A DNA stretch of 64,000 nt from Gemmatimonadaceae bacterium (GCA_044224875.1 JBGAJQ010000002.1:96001-160000), one strand, 5' to 3'; counted from the first letter of the stretch, positions 1 through 10,114 are shown. The notes: a model not told the origin generated them from the sequence alone. Program-made: numbers and translations.

Positions 1-18
1 GCGAACGAGTCATTGGCG

Positions 19-1569
19 TCACGAGGCACGTCCTGCGTCCGCTCGACGGGCGCCAGTCATATACGGCCCGAGCACCTCCGCCGACGCGTCCGCCCGGGGC
101 AACAGCGCCACGAACCGGCCTTCGTACATCACGGCGATCCGGTCGGCCAGCGCCAGGACTTCCACCAAGTCGGCCGACACCAGCACCATCGCCTTGCCGC
201 ACTCTCGGGCGCTGCGCAGCTGTGCGTGAATGAACTCGATCGCACCGACATCGACGCCGCGCGTCGGTTGTATGGCGAGGAGCACCGAGAAGTCGCGATC
301 CCCGCCCATCTCTCGTGAAATGACGACTTTCTGCTGGTTCCCGCCGGACAGGGTGCGGACCGCGGCGTCCACGTCCGTCGGCCGAATGTCGAACGTACTC
401 ACCTGACGTGTGGCGTTGGCGTGGACCCGATGGCGATCCATCACGCCATGCGACGAAAAGCGATGTTGCAGGCCGAAGACGAGATTGTCCGCCGTCGAGT
501 AGTCGAGCACCAACCCCCGCCGGTGACGATCCTCCGGGATGTGTGACAGCCCGGCATCGATCCGCGCGCGCACTGGCCACGACGTGATGTCGACGCCGTT
601 CAAGCTGACGGATCCACTCGACGGCCGCCGCAACCCGGCAATAGCCTCGATCAATTCCGTCTGTCCGTTCCCCTCCACCCCTGCAATCCCGAAGATCTCG
701 CCAGGTCGAACCTCGAACGACACGCCGTCCACTTCACGCGCGCGTCGTGACGACGCCACCACCACATTCGACACAACCAGCGCCGGCCTCGCATCCTGAG
801 CAACTGCCGGCGCATGGGAATGAGCCGCATCACCAGCGAGCACCACGTCTCGACCCACCATCATGCGGGCGATGCTGGATGGCGTCGCTTCCCCCGTCGC
901 CAAGCGCCCAACCGTCTCACCGCCGCGCATCACCGTCACCGTATCAGAAATCTCCACCACCTCATCCAGCTTGTGCGTGATGACAATGACGGTATCGCCC
1001 TGGGACTTCAGCGTGCGGAGCACCTTCCAGAACTCACGCACCTCGGGTGGCGACAGGACTGCCGTTGGCTCATCCAGGATCAGGATCTTCGCGCCGCGGT
1101 ACAGCACCTTCAGGATCTCGACGCGTTGTGCCTCACCCACCGACAGCTCAGACACTCGGCGCGTCGGCTCAACGCGCAGCCCCGTGCGATCGCACAGCGC
1201 CTGCACGGCATTGTTCGCTGCCTGCCGGTCCAATCGCCATCCCCGCGTGATCTCCCGGCCCAGGACGACGTTCTCGGCCACCGTCAGCGTCGGAACCAGC
1301 ATGAAGTGCTGGTGCACCATACCCACACCCGCGCGAATGGCATCGCGCGTATTCCAGCCAGTCACATCGCGGCCGCTTACGAGGATGCTGCCCCGGTCCG
1401 GGGGAAACAGCCCGGCCAATATCCGCATGAGCGTGGACTTGCCAGCGCCGTTCTCGCCCACCACGGCATGGATCTCGCCAGATGCAACACTCAGCGATGC
1501 GTCGCGATTGGCCACCACCGCTCCGAATCGCTTGACGACACTTCGGGCCTCCAGTGCGCGATCGGTCAT
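19..1569 (-). CDS. Sugar/nucleoside (CUT2-type) ABC transporter ATP-binding protein, two fused ATPase domains
   Basis: Walker A GENGAGKST, LSVGEAQR, ILDEPT; second half GVEGNGQ, LSGGNQQK, QPTRGVD; overlaps upstream BMP gene. Confidence 0.93.
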   Translation of the reverse strand: MTDRALEARSVVKRFGAVVANRDASLSVASGEIHAVVGENGAGKSTLMRILAGLFPPDRGSILVSGRDVTGWNTRDAIRAGVGMVHQHFMLVPTLTVAENVVLGREITRGWRLDRQAANNAVQALCDRTGLRVEPTRRVSELSVGEAQRVEILKVLYRGAKILILDEPTAVLSPPEVREFWKVLRTLKSQGDTVIVITHKLDEVVEISDTVTVMRGGETVGRLATGEATPSSIARMMVGRDVVLAGDAAHSHAPAVAQDARPALVVSNVVVASSRRAREVDGVSFEVRPGEIFGIAGVEGNGQTELIEAIAGLRRPSSGSVSLNGVDITSWPVRARIDAGLSHIPEDRHRRGLVLDYSTADNLVFGLQHRFSSHGVMDRHRVHANATRQVSTFDIRPTDVDAAVRTLSGGNQQKVVISREMGGDRDFSVLLAIQPTRGVDVGAIEFIHAQLRSARECGKAMVLVSADLVEVLALADRIAVMYEGRFVALLPRADASAEVLGPYMTGARRADAGRAS

Positions 1570-2600
1570 CGTGTGCTCGGAACCTTGATCCGACCGTCAA
1601 TGATCTCCTGGCGCAGCGCCTCAACCTGCGCGCGAGCCGCCTCAGGAATCAGCGCCCGGTTGTGTTCGTCGAACACGTAGTCCACACCACGTTCGGCCAA
1701 CCCCAACTGGAAAATGCCGCCCTTGAACGTGCCGTCTTTCACCTGACGAATGGCGCCAAACACGGCCTGGTCCACTCCCTTCACCATGGACGTCAGGATA
1801 AACCCGGGTGCCTCGTTGTACTGATCGGCATCCACACCAATGGCCAGCTTGCCGCGCCGTCGCGCCGCTTCGAAGACGCCGAGTCCTGTCGATCCTGCCG
1901 CCTGAAAGATCACATTCACGCCCGATTGGTATTGCGACAACGCCAGCTCCTGCCCCTTACCCGGATTTCGAAATGCCTCCGGAGTGACGCCGGCGTATTG
2001 GGCGATTACGTCGCAGTCGGCGCAAACCTGTCGCACGCCCGCGCGATAACCGGCTTCGAACTTGTGGATCAGGGGGAAGTCCATGCCACCAACGAAGCCA
2101 AGCCGTTTCGATCCACCAACCAGTGCGGCAAGCGCACCTACCAGGAACGATCCCTCTTCCTCGCGGAACTTCAGTGCAGCGAGGTTCGGCGGCGGCTCAA
2201 CCGGGTTCCCCGCATTGTCTGTCGCGACGGCGTAGTCGACACCCGCGAACTTCGTATTGGGGTATTCCCTCGCCAGCTGCGTCAGGTCATCCGAAAAAAT
2301 GAACCCAACGCCAACCACCAGATCCATTCCCTCGGCGGCCAATACTCGAAGACCCGCCTCACGGTCAGATCCCTCGCCCGGCTCGACAAAGCGAACCTGC
2401 GCTCCAAGCTCTCGCGCGGCGCGCTCGGCGCCCAGGTAGGCGCCGTCATTGAAGGACTTGTCGCCTCGGCCGCCCAGGTCAAAGACGATTCCAACCTTGA
2501 CGCCCGACGAGGCGACCGACGCAGCGCCGCTTGGTCGCACGAAGAGGAGGGCGAGGTGCGCGATGAGGAGCGCCGCACCGAGGGTGTAGAGCCTTCGCAT
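1566..2600 (-). CDS. BMP family (PnrA/TmpC-like) ABC transporter substrate-binding protein, probably purine nucleoside
   Basis: GGRGDKSFND, FREEEGSFLVG, AIGVDADQ, ILTSMVKGVD motifs; N-terminal signal. Confidence 0.92.
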   Translation of the reverse strand: MRRLYTLGAALLIAHLALLFVRPSGAASVASSGVKVGIVFDLGGRGDKSFNDGAYLGAERAARELGAQVRFVEPGEGSDREAGLRVLAAEGMDLVVGVGFIFSDDLTQLAREYPNTKFAGVDYAVATDNAGNPVEPPPNLAALKFREEEGSFLVGALAALVGGSKRLGFVGGMDFPLIHKFEAGYRAGVRQVCADCDVIAQYAGVTPEAFRNPGKGQELALSQYQSGVNVIFQAAGSTGLGVFEAARRRGKLAIGVDADQYNEAPGFILTSMVKGVDQAVFGAIRQVKDGTFKGGIFQLGLAERGVDYVFDEHNRALIPEAARAQVEALRQEIIDGRIKVPSTR

Positions 2601-2885
2601 TGATGCGAAAAGGTCGTTCGCAGCTCCTACTGCGGCAAGGCTGCCCGGGCGCCATCTAGTGCACGCATCCAGCCTCTATGGAGGTTCAAAGCTTGCGACG
2701 CGTAAGGGATTCCGTTGCGCGGTGCGAGCCTGCCTCTAAGGCGGCGTCTCCCGGCCGAGCAGCTGCCCGGTTGCCGCCTCTCGCCGGGTCGCTTCGTGTT
2801 GGTAATACGACAACTGCTGCGGCCGAAGATCGTGTTCTGCAGCTCAAACCCTCGGCGGCGCGTCAGCAGGTGCGCTCACGATGTC

Positions 2886-2939
2886 GTTGCCGTTCCACGG
2901 CCGCCCGGTCTGCGCAGTGTCGCGTGGTGGAACGGCAAC
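2886..2939. repeat. 13-bp perfect inverted repeat (hairpin) downstream of the cyclophilin gene
   Basis: GTTGCCGTTCCAC (2886-2898) / GTGGAACGGCAAC (2927-2939), 28-nt loop, no U-tract. Confidence 0.6.
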
Positions 2940-2952
2940 TGCTCAGCAACGG

Positions 2953-3666
2953 CTATTTCTTTCCCGTGTCAATTGGAACAGGGAGCTTTGGCATCCCCGG
3001 CGGCACAATCGACTCCTGGACGCGAGCGGTGCGGATGAAATCGAGTTTTGGAAAGGCACGCTCGAGGTAGCTGTTTCCGCGTGTCGCGATCTCGGTTTGA
3101 TCAGGACCAAACCCACCGGGCGGCCCTTCGCCATAGCCGGAGTACAGAGAATCCACGACGGCCATCCCATCGACTACCTCGCCAAATGGAGCAAAGCCCA
3201 TCCCGTCCAGCTGCTTGTTGTCCACCAGGTTGATGAACAACTGCGTGGTGCGCGTATTTGGGCCGGAAGTCGCGAATGTGATGCTGCCCCGCTTGTTGCT
3301 GTGAACCACCGAGTCATCTTCGATCGGGAGTTTTTCCCAGGACGCCGCCACCGCGGGATCACCGTGCGCGCCCCATTGAACCACAAACCCTGACACAACG
3401 CGGAAGAACCGGTTGTTGTCGTAAAACCCGCTCTTCACGAGTTGGTAAAATCGGTCCACTCCGCGTGGGGACCACTCCCGGTGCGACTCGACGACGAACG
3501 TCCCGCGGCTGGTCTCGAACGAAACTCGAAAGAGCTCGGGGGCGGGCGAAACCTCCTGCGGCGCATCGCTCGCCGGCGGCATGGATTTCTGGGCGGGTTC
3601 GCCGCCACGGCCACAGGCGACTGGCGCCAACGCCAGAAGGAGAAGTACAGGCCAGCGAGAGTGCAT
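2953..3666 (-). CDS. Cyclophilin-type peptidyl-prolyl isomerase, lipoprotein
   Basis: FYDNNRFFRVVSGFVVQWG, NKRGSITFA, RTTQLFINL, FAPFGEVVDGM; lipobox-like PVAC; GTG start. Confidence 0.9.
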   Translation of the reverse strand: MHSRWPVLLLLALAPVACGRGGEPAQKSMPPASDAPQEVSPAPELFRVSFETSRGTFVVESHREWSPRGVDRFYQLVKSGFYDNNRFFRVVSGFVVQWGAHGDPAVAASWEKLPIEDDSVVHSNKRGSITFATSGPNTRTTQLFINLVDNKQLDGMGFAPFGEVVDGMAVVDSLYSGYGEGPPGGFGPDQTEIATRGNSYLERAFPKLDFIRTARVQESIVPPGMPKLPVPIDTGKK

Positions 3667-3705
3667 AATTGTGTTGGGGGCTTGGGACAGGAAGAGCAGT
3701 GAAAC

Positions 3706-4755
3706 CTAACGCTTACCCGCAAGATGTCGGGTGTCCAGACGGGCCACGGCGCCTGACGCGCCCACCGCAAAGGCCATCCCGGCTGGAGCCAGCTGCACGG
3801 CATTGAAGCCCGTACGATCAATGGCAGTCCAGGTCGTACCGCCATCGACAGACAGGTCCGATCCGTTAGAACCGACGGTCAATGCCAACCCGCGACGTGT
3901 GACGGCCACACCGGAACGATATCCAGATGGCATCTGTCGCGCTGGCGTCCATGTCACGCCTCCGTCCGTTGATCGCGCCGCAATCGCCCGTGTCGAGTCG
4001 GCATTCCGGTAGTCGCCTCCGACAGCAATCACCAGCGGGCCGCTGACCGCTATGGAAAAAACGCCGTTTGATCCGCTTCCGCTCTGGATAGGTACCTCCG
4101 TTGAGCTCCATGTCTTCCCACGGTCGGTCGATCGATGGACGCGCGCCGCCTTTCCTCCGCTGGCGATGAGCGCCGTGCCGTCCGAGAGCAGCTGAAGGGA
4201 AGTCCCGCTCGCTGCAAAAGCCGCCTCCCCGTCCACAACGGCTGGTCGAGAGTCTAGCGACGCTTCGCGCCAGTTCTCTCCTCCGTCCTGGGTGATCAGC
4301 AGCAGGAAGTGACCTCCGATCGGGTCTCCCAGCGCCACACCATGCCGATCATCCCAGAACGCAATGGCATCGAGAAACACACTCGAATCAGCGGCTTGGT
4401 AACGCAGAGACCAGGTGAGTCCGCCATCCGTGGTACGCCAAATTCGGCCCGCAGTCGCCGCAACATGCGCCACGCGTTCGCTCCGAGCACTAATCGCGCG
4501 AACGTCGTACGCCTTGGCGCCAGGAATCGTATCCACGTCCCACGTCGTGCCTCCGTCGGTACTGCGGAGGACGGTGCCGCGGGTTCCGCTCGCCCAGACG
4601 ACCTGGTCGCTGACGACGCTTAGGCCTCGAAACGAGGCCGAAGAGCCCGAATTGACGGACTGCCAAGTCTCTTGTGCCGATGCGGGCCCCGGGGCGGCGG
4701 CGATCGGCGCCATGATCGAGACTAGACAGAAGTTCACGAACAATCGAAGCGTCAT
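3706..4755 (-). CDS. Secreted YCF48-like / BNR-repeat beta-propeller protein
   Basis: Repeated Asp-box motifs STDGGTTW, TTDGGLTW, TQDGGENW, STDRGKTW; EAAFAASGT; signal peptide ending ASA-Q; start uncertain (4755 or 4770). Confidence 0.8.
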   Translation of the reverse strand: MTLRLFVNFCLVSIMAPIAAAPGPASAQETWQSVNSGSSASFRGLSVVSDQVVWASGTRGTVLRSTDGGTTWDVDTIPGAKAYDVRAISARSERVAHVAATAGRIWRTTDGGLTWSLRYQAADSSVFLDAIAFWDDRHGVALGDPIGGHFLLLITQDGGENWREASLDSRPAVVDGEAAFAASGTSLQLLSDGTALIASGGKAARVHRSTDRGKTWSSTEVPIQSGSGSNGVFSIAVSGPLVIAVGGDYRNADSTRAIAARSTDGGVTWTPARQMPSGYRSGVAVTRRGLALTVGSNGSDLSVDGGTTWTAIDRTGFNAVQLAPAGMAFAVGASGAVARLDTRHLAGKR

Positions 4756-4878
4756 GAATGGTCCGGCCAAGGGTTTGAATCGGATTCTAAGCGAAATTTC
4801 GCCTTTCGCCGAGCCTGGTGAATAGACCGTGCGGTTCGGCCCGCTTTACCAACGCCCGCACCGCCGATAAGTACGGTC

Positions 4879-6390
4879 ATGGCTTCTTTGCTGCGGGTTC
4901 GCTTTCTGGTGGTCGGCAGTGGGGTGGCGGGACTCCATACAGCGTGGCGCGCCTCGGAGAACGGCGAGGTGACCCTGCTCACGAAGCGGTCGCTCTTCGA
5001 CGGGTCTACGGCGTACGCTCAGGGTGGAATCGCCGCCGCGTTAGGTGCCGGTGACTCGCCGGAGTTGCATCGGCTGGACACGCTGGCGGCTGGTGCGGCG
5101 CTCTGCGATCGCCAGGCGGTCGAGGTGCTGGTGGAAGAAGGGCCGGCGCGCGTCCGCGAGCTGCAACTCGCGGGGGCGCGCTTCGACCTCACGCCAACCG
5201 GTTCGCTCAAGCTCGGACGGGAAGCCGCGCATTCGCGCCGCCGTATTGTGCATGCGCAGGGCGATCGCACGGGGGCGGAAGTGGCGCGAACGCTCGTCGC
5301 CCGAGTGTCGGAGAGCAAGGCGGTGAGTGTCCTCGAGCACGCGCGGGTGCTCGGCCTGATCGTGGAGGGGGGGCGTTGTGCTGGCGTCCGCGCCTCGGTT
5401 CTCGGACAGCCCGTGGAAATTCGGGCCGATGCGACGGTCCTCGCCACCGGCGGCTGCGGGCAGGTCTATCGCCATACCACCAACCCGGTGGTGTCAACCG
5501 GCGACGGTTTTGCCATCGCGCATCGCGCAGGAGTGAAGCTGACGGACATGGAATTCGTTCAATTCCACCCGACTGCGCTCGCCACGCCAGAAAACCCCCT
5601 CGCCCTCGTCTCCGAGGCAGTCCGAGGCGAGGGGGCGATCCTGCTGAACGCCAAACGCCGACGGTTCATGCCCTCCCGGCACCGCCTGGCGGAGCTGGCA
5701 CCTCGGGACATCGTGGCTCGAGAGATATTCCGCGAGCAGCAGCGCGGGGGCGTCGTCTGGCTGGATGCAACCGCGTTAGGTGAGTCGTTCCCCGCCCGCT
5801 TTCCTGGGATCTTCGCCCTGTGCAAGGCCCGCGGTATCGACCCGCGTCACCAACCAATCCCCGTCACCCCCGCCGCCCACTACATGATGGGAGGCATCGT
5901 CACGGACCTCGCCGGACGGTCCAGCCTCCCGTCACTCTATGCCTGCGGCGAGGTCGCGTGCACCGGAGTTCACGGCGCTAATCGACTGGCGTCTAACTCA
6001 CTGCTCGAGGGGCTGGTGTTTGCCGAGCGCGTCGCTCGCGACTTGTCCACAAGTGCGCGAGTACAACCGCCGCGTCGCGCGGGGAGCTGGGGCGTGCCTA
6101 ACCTGACAGACCGTGGTGCGGCCCAGGTGGCCGCTGGGCGAATCCGGGACACCATGTGGCGTCAGTCGGGTATCGATCGAACTGCGCACGACCTGCGCGA
6201 GTGCCTCGCAACGCTGGACGAGATCGCCGATAGACTCCCCACCGGTGCGACGGAAGAGCAGAATATGGTGGAGACCGCCAAAATGATCGCTGGGGCGGCG
6301 CTCCAGCGGCGAGAGTCTCGCGGCGGTCACTTCAGAAGCGATTTTCCGCGCGCCCGACGCGGCTGGGCCAAAAAGCACATCGAGTTCTAG
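4879..6390 (+). CDS. nadB: L-aspartate oxidase
   Basis: FAD motif VGSGVAG, STAYAQGGIAA, EFVQFHPT, AHYMMGG, GVHGANRLASNSLLEGLVF, ESRGGH; precedes nadA and nadC. Confidence 0.96.
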   Translation: MASLLRVRFLVVGSGVAGLHTAWRASENGEVTLLTKRSLFDGSTAYAQGGIAAALGAGDSPELHRLDTLAAGAALCDRQAVEVLVEEGPARVRELQLAGARFDLTPTGSLKLGREAAHSRRRIVHAQGDRTGAEVARTLVARVSESKAVSVLEHARVLGLIVEGGRCAGVRASVLGQPVEIRADATVLATGGCGQVYRHTTNPVVSTGDGFAIAHRAGVKLTDMEFVQFHPTALATPENPLALVSEAVRGEGAILLNAKRRRFMPSRHRLAELAPRDIVAREIFREQQRGGVVWLDATALGESFPARFPGIFALCKARGIDPRHQPIPVTPAAHYMMGGIVTDLAGRSSLPSLYACGEVACTGVHGANRLASNSLLEGLVFAERVARDLSTSARVQPPRRAGSWGVPNLTDRGAAQVAAGRIRDTMWRQSGIDRTAHDLRECLATLDEIADRLPTGATEEQNMVETAKMIAGAALQRRESRGGHFRSDFPRARRGWAKKHIEF

Positions 6391-6438
6391 TTCGCCAAGC
6401 ACCAGGCCGCCGGTCAGGCGGGCCATACATTTCCCGGA

Positions 6439-7445
6439 ATGCCAACGGACACCGACGTCATACGACTCCAAGCGAAGATCAAGGAAGCGGCGCGTGCCAA
6501 GCGTGCCGTGATCCTCGCTCACAACTACGAGCGCCCAGAAGTGCAGGATGTCGCCGACTACGTCGGCGATTCGTTAGGCCTCTCTCGTGAAGCAGCGCGC
6601 ACCGACGCCGAAGTGATCGTCTTCTGTGGCGTGCACTTCATGGCCGAAACAGCCAAGATCCTCTCGCCAAGCAAGACAGTCCTGCTTCCGGACCTCGCCG
6701 CGGGGTGCTCACTGGCCGACACCATCACGGCGGCGGAGCTTCGAGCGTGGAAAGCGGAGCATCCGGGTGCTGTTGTAGTGTCCTACGTCAACACGACGGC
6801 CGACGTGAAGGCCGAGAGCGACTATTGCTGCACCTCCGGGAACGCCGTGGAAGTGGTCAACGCCATTCCAGCGGATCGGGAGATTCTCTTTAACCCCGAC
6901 CTGTTCCCGGGGCTCCGTTCGTCGGCTTGACGGGACGTACCAACATGCACGTCTGGATGGGTGAGTGTCATGTGCACGCTGGCATCACCCCCACCAGCCT
7001 CTCACGACAGCGCGCCGAGCACCCCGCGGCAGAAATTCTCGTGCATCCAGAGTGTGGTTGTGCGACCAGCGTGCTGGAGGCGATGTCGGCTGGAGCCATG
7101 GCGAGCGACGGCGTGCAGGTGCTGTCCACGGAAGGAATGATCAAGCGGCCGGCGCAGTCGGGACACAAGGAATTCATTGTGGCAACGGAGACCGGGATCC
7201 TCCATCGGTTGAGACGCGCCAATCCGGACAAGACGTTTTATGCGGCGAGCGACCGCGCGCAGTGCCAGTACATGAAGCTCACCACGCTGCCCAAGGTGTT
7301 GCACGCGCTGGAACGCACCCAGCATGTGATTGATGTTCCACCCGACGTTGCCGCGCGAGCGCGGCTCGCCCTGGAGCGCATGGTGCAAATCGGCGGATCG
7401 CAGGCGCAACCGCAAGTCGCGGTTGGGTTCGATCCTGGGGAGTAG
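6439..7445 (+). pseudogene. nadA: Quinolinate synthase split by a frameshift near 6905-6930 (ORFs 6439-6930 and 6927-7445); may be a sequencing error
   Basis: [31 protein letters not shown] in ORF1; GECHVH, VHPEC, STEGM, CQYMK in ORF2; frame changes after ILFNPDLF. Confidence 0.85.
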
Positions 7446-7470
7446 TCGACGGTCACGGAGGTCGCGCGCC

Positions 7471-8409
7471 ATGGCACCCAATCTGGAACCCACGCCGCCC
7501 ACACCGCCTGCGCCGCGGCGGGTGACACCGCTGGAGGTGCCGGCCATTCGGCACCAGGATCCCCTGCGATTTCCGCTCACGGTGGACGCCGTCCGATCGA
7601 CCGTGCACGACGCGCTGGCCGAGGACGGCGCGTTTAACGACATCACCACCATCGCTACCGTTCGGTCCGATCGCCGAGCCCGGGCACAGCTCGTGGCGCG
7701 TCAACCAGGAGTCATTGCCGGCATCCCGTTCGCCCTGGAAACGTTCCGTCAGCTCGATCAGAAAGTGAGCATGCGCGTGGACGCGGAGGACGGATCACGC
7801 GTAAAGAAGGGCGACACGCTCGTGTACATCACCGGTCACGCGCGCGGGATGCTGTCGGCGGAGCGCGTGGCCCTGAACTTCATGCAACGACTGTCGGGCG
7901 TGGCGTCGCTCACTGCGCGATACGTGGATGCGGTGGCGGGTACCCGGGCCGTGATCCTGGATACGCGAAAGACAACACCCGGTTGGCGTCGGCTGGAGAA
8001 GTATGCTGTTAGAGCTGGCGGAGGACGCAATCACCGCTTCGACCTGTCGTCCAGCGTATTGATCAAGGACAATCACCTGGTTGCAGTCGACGGGAACATC
8101 GCCGTCGCTGTCCAGCGGGCTCGTGAGCTCGCGCCACCCGGTGCGGAAGTCGAGGTGGAGTGCGACTCGGTCGAACAGGTGGGCGCTGCCGTGCAGGCCG
8201 GGGCGCACATCATCCTGCTGGACAACATGGCGCCCGACACGTTGCGCGCTTGCGTTGAACTCGTGGCGGGACGGGCCAAGTTGGAGGCGTCCGGCGGCGT
8301 ATCGCTGGATACGGTGCGTGCGATTGCCGAAACCGGCGTGGACTTCATCTCGGTGGGCGCACTGACGCATTCGGCACCGGCGTTGAACCTCGCACTCGAC
8401 TTCGAATGA
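7471..8409 (+). CDS. nadC: Nicotinate-nucleotide diphosphorylase (carboxylating)
   Basis: AERVALNFMQRLSG, DTRKTTPG, NHRFDL, LIKDNH, LLDNM, EASGG, ISVGALTH; GGAGG RBS before ATG 7471. Confidence 0.96.
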   Translation: MAPNLEPTPPTPPAPRRVTPLEVPAIRHQDPLRFPLTVDAVRSTVHDALAEDGAFNDITTIATVRSDRRARAQLVARQPGVIAGIPFALETFRQLDQKVSMRVDAEDGSRVKKGDTLVYITGHARGMLSAERVALNFMQRLSGVASLTARYVDAVAGTRAVILDTRKTTPGWRRLEKYAVRAGGGRNHRFDLSSSVLIKDNHLVAVDGNIAVAVQRARELAPPGAEVEVECDSVEQVGAAVQAGAHIILLDNMAPDTLRACVELVAGRAKLEASGGVSLDTVRAIAETGVDFISVGALTHSAPALNLALDFE

Positions 8410-8609
8410 GTTGCCGGGGGCAAGGCATCCGATCCGGTGAAGGAAGCGCGGCGGCGCTGGCGGTGGTGCGAACGAACGAATCCTTTCACCCATCGCCCCA
8501 AGGCGTGGGACCATGCGACGTCTGTGGCTCGGCGGACGTTCGTGAGGTCAGGTGCAAGGTGATCTGTTGGAACTGCCGGACCATCCTGCAGTCGTGCGCG
8601 GACCTGTGA
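8406..8609 (+). CDS. Small zinc-ribbon protein (CxxC...CxxxCxxC...C)
   Basis: CDVCGS-x7-CKVICWNC-x6-CADL; ATGA overlap with nadC stop; followed directly by a terminator hairpin. Confidence 0.6.
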   Translation: MSCRGQGIRSGEGSAAALAVVRTNESFHPSPQGVGPCDVCGSADVREVRCKVICWNCRTILQSCADL

Positions 8610-8621
8610 CGCGCAAATGAA

Positions 8622-8651
8622 ACGGGCCCGAGCATCCTCGCTCGGGCCCGT
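8622..8651. terminator. Probable bidirectional intrinsic terminator between convergent nad operon and Ig-domain gene
   Basis: ACGGGCCCGAGC-atcctc-GCTCGGGCCCGT, 12-bp stem. Confidence 0.75.
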
Positions 8652-8671
8652 CAACACGTGTTCCCAGATGG

Positions 8672-10114
8672 CTACGGTATGACGGTCACCACCGTTTGCC
8701 CCGGAACTCCCTCGGAGGTCGCGGTGATGGTCACCTGGCCAGGCGCAACAGCCTGAACCTGGCCGTTCGCGGACACCGTGGCGATCGACGTGTTGGAGCT
8801 GGTCCATGTCACCGGTCGGTTCCCAAGGACATTTCCATCCACGTCACGCATGGTGGCCTGCAGCTGCACGGAAAGCACCGCGTTCGGCGGCGAGAGTTTG
8901 AGCTGTGGCGAGTTGGGAGAAATCGTCACCGACACCACGGGCTTCAAGTTCACCGTCACGGGCAGCACGGCACTGGGAACCTGGTCGATGATGACCTGGA
9001 TGTTCGTCGTACCTGCGCCAACAGCATTCAGCACGCCATTCTGGTTTACCGATGCCACGGTCTGGTTCGAGGTCGTCCACGTGACCGATCGACCCAAGGT
9101 CGAGAGTACGTTCCCGACGCTGTCCTTCGGAACCGCGGCGAGCTGCGAGTTGTCACCGACGAACAGCGTCAGCGGATTGGGCGAGATCGCCACCGAACTG
9201 ACCGGAATCTGAGTCACCTGCAACTGGATCGCGTCTTGGGTGCCTTCGCACGTCGCGGCAATCTGCGTCTGTCCGACGGCAAGCGCGGTAATGAGCCCGG
9301 TCGACGAGTTGACCGACGCGATAGCTGGGTTTTGCGAAGTCCATGTGATCGTGCGGCCGGGTAGTACCTGATTCGCATTGTTCAGGCACGATGCCGCCGC
9401 CGCTAGCGTCTGCGTCAGACGCAGGATGTGCGAGCCGGTCAACGGATTCGTGATCTTTGTCGATACCACGCGCTCGGGAATAATTCGCACCTTCACGACC
9501 GCGTGCAGGTCGCCCACCGTCGCGGTGACCGTCGTCTCTCCAACAGATACCGCGCTGATGATGCCGCCGGGAGCAACCGCGGCTACCAACGGATTCGCGC
9601 TGGACCAGCTCACCACACGCCCAGGGATCGCCGAACCCGCTCCGTCAAACACCGCGGCATTCACGTTCTTCTGTGTACCAATATTCACATCGATGGAATC
9701 CGGTACCACCAGCAGGCGCGCAACCTTGGAAATCACGTTCACGACGGCCGCTGGGGAGGGCTGCCCATCGACGATTGCCGTCAATCGTGTATTGCCGATT
9801 TTCAACGTCGTCACCTTGCCGCTCGCATCAACCGTCGCGATATCCGGATTCAAGATGCGCCACGTGACCTTCGCGCCCGTGACTTCGCGTCCCTTTGAGT
9901 CGAGCGCTGTGGCGACGAACGACGTGATCACGCCACCAACCTCGATGGAGTCGTTCTGCGGAAGAAGCAGCACGCTCGCCGCGGGAGAGGGATCTACCGA
10001 CGTCGTGCATGCACCCACGGAGAGCGACAAGGCCCCCGTGAGCAGTGCGAGAAGACTCCACGTGCGGCCGCGACGCCGTTCGCGCGTCACACCCAGAATA
10101 TCCAAACGACCCAT
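8672..10114 (-). CDS. Lipoprotein with about five tandem bacterial Ig-like (Big_2) domains; possible surface adhesin
   Basis: Repeated V(T/S)W-x-S-x-NP-x-(I/V)A(T/S)V...G-x-V-x-A-x-x-x-G-x-T units; lipobox SVGAC. Confidence 0.85.
   Translation of the reverse strand: MGRLDILGVTRERRRGRTWSLLALLTGALSLSVGACTTSVDPSPAASVLLLPQNDSIEVGGVITSFVATALDSKGREVTGAKVTWRILNPDIATVDASGKVTTLKIGNTRLTAIVDGQPSPAAVVNVISKVARLLVVPDSIDVNIGTQKNVNAAVFDGAGSAIPGRVVSWSSANPLVAAVAPGGIISAVSVGETTVTATVGDLHAVVKVRIIPERVVSTKITNPLTGSHILRLTQTLAAAASCLNNANQVLPGRTITWTSQNPAIASVNSSTGLITALAVGQTQIAATCEGTQDAIQLQVTQIPVSSVAISPNPLTLFVGDNSQLAAVPKDSVGNVLSTLGRSVTWTTSNQTVASVNQNGVLNAVGAGTTNIQVIIDQVPSAVLPVTVNLKPVVSVTISPNSPQLKLSPPNAVLSVQLQATMRDVDGNVLGNRPVTWTSSNTSIATVSANGQVQAVAPGQVTITATSEGVPGQTVVTVIP

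Noticed and set aside
814..2603. Long antisense or alternate-frame ORFs (e.g. 814-1680, 1554-2603; also 37412-38362, 52427-53599, 62559-63545)
   Set aside because: They shadow well-supported genes, have no recognisable motifs, and are expected in high-GC DNA.
6895..6935. Programmed ribosomal frameshift in nadA
   Set aside because: The junction looks corrupted over several codons relative to typical NadA, with no canonical slippery heptamer; an indel error or mutation is simpler.
8672..10114. DNA-level tandem repeats or diversity-generating element in the Ig-repeat gene
   Set aside because: Repeats are visible only at protein level and are highly diverged; no reverse transcriptase or template repeat nearby.
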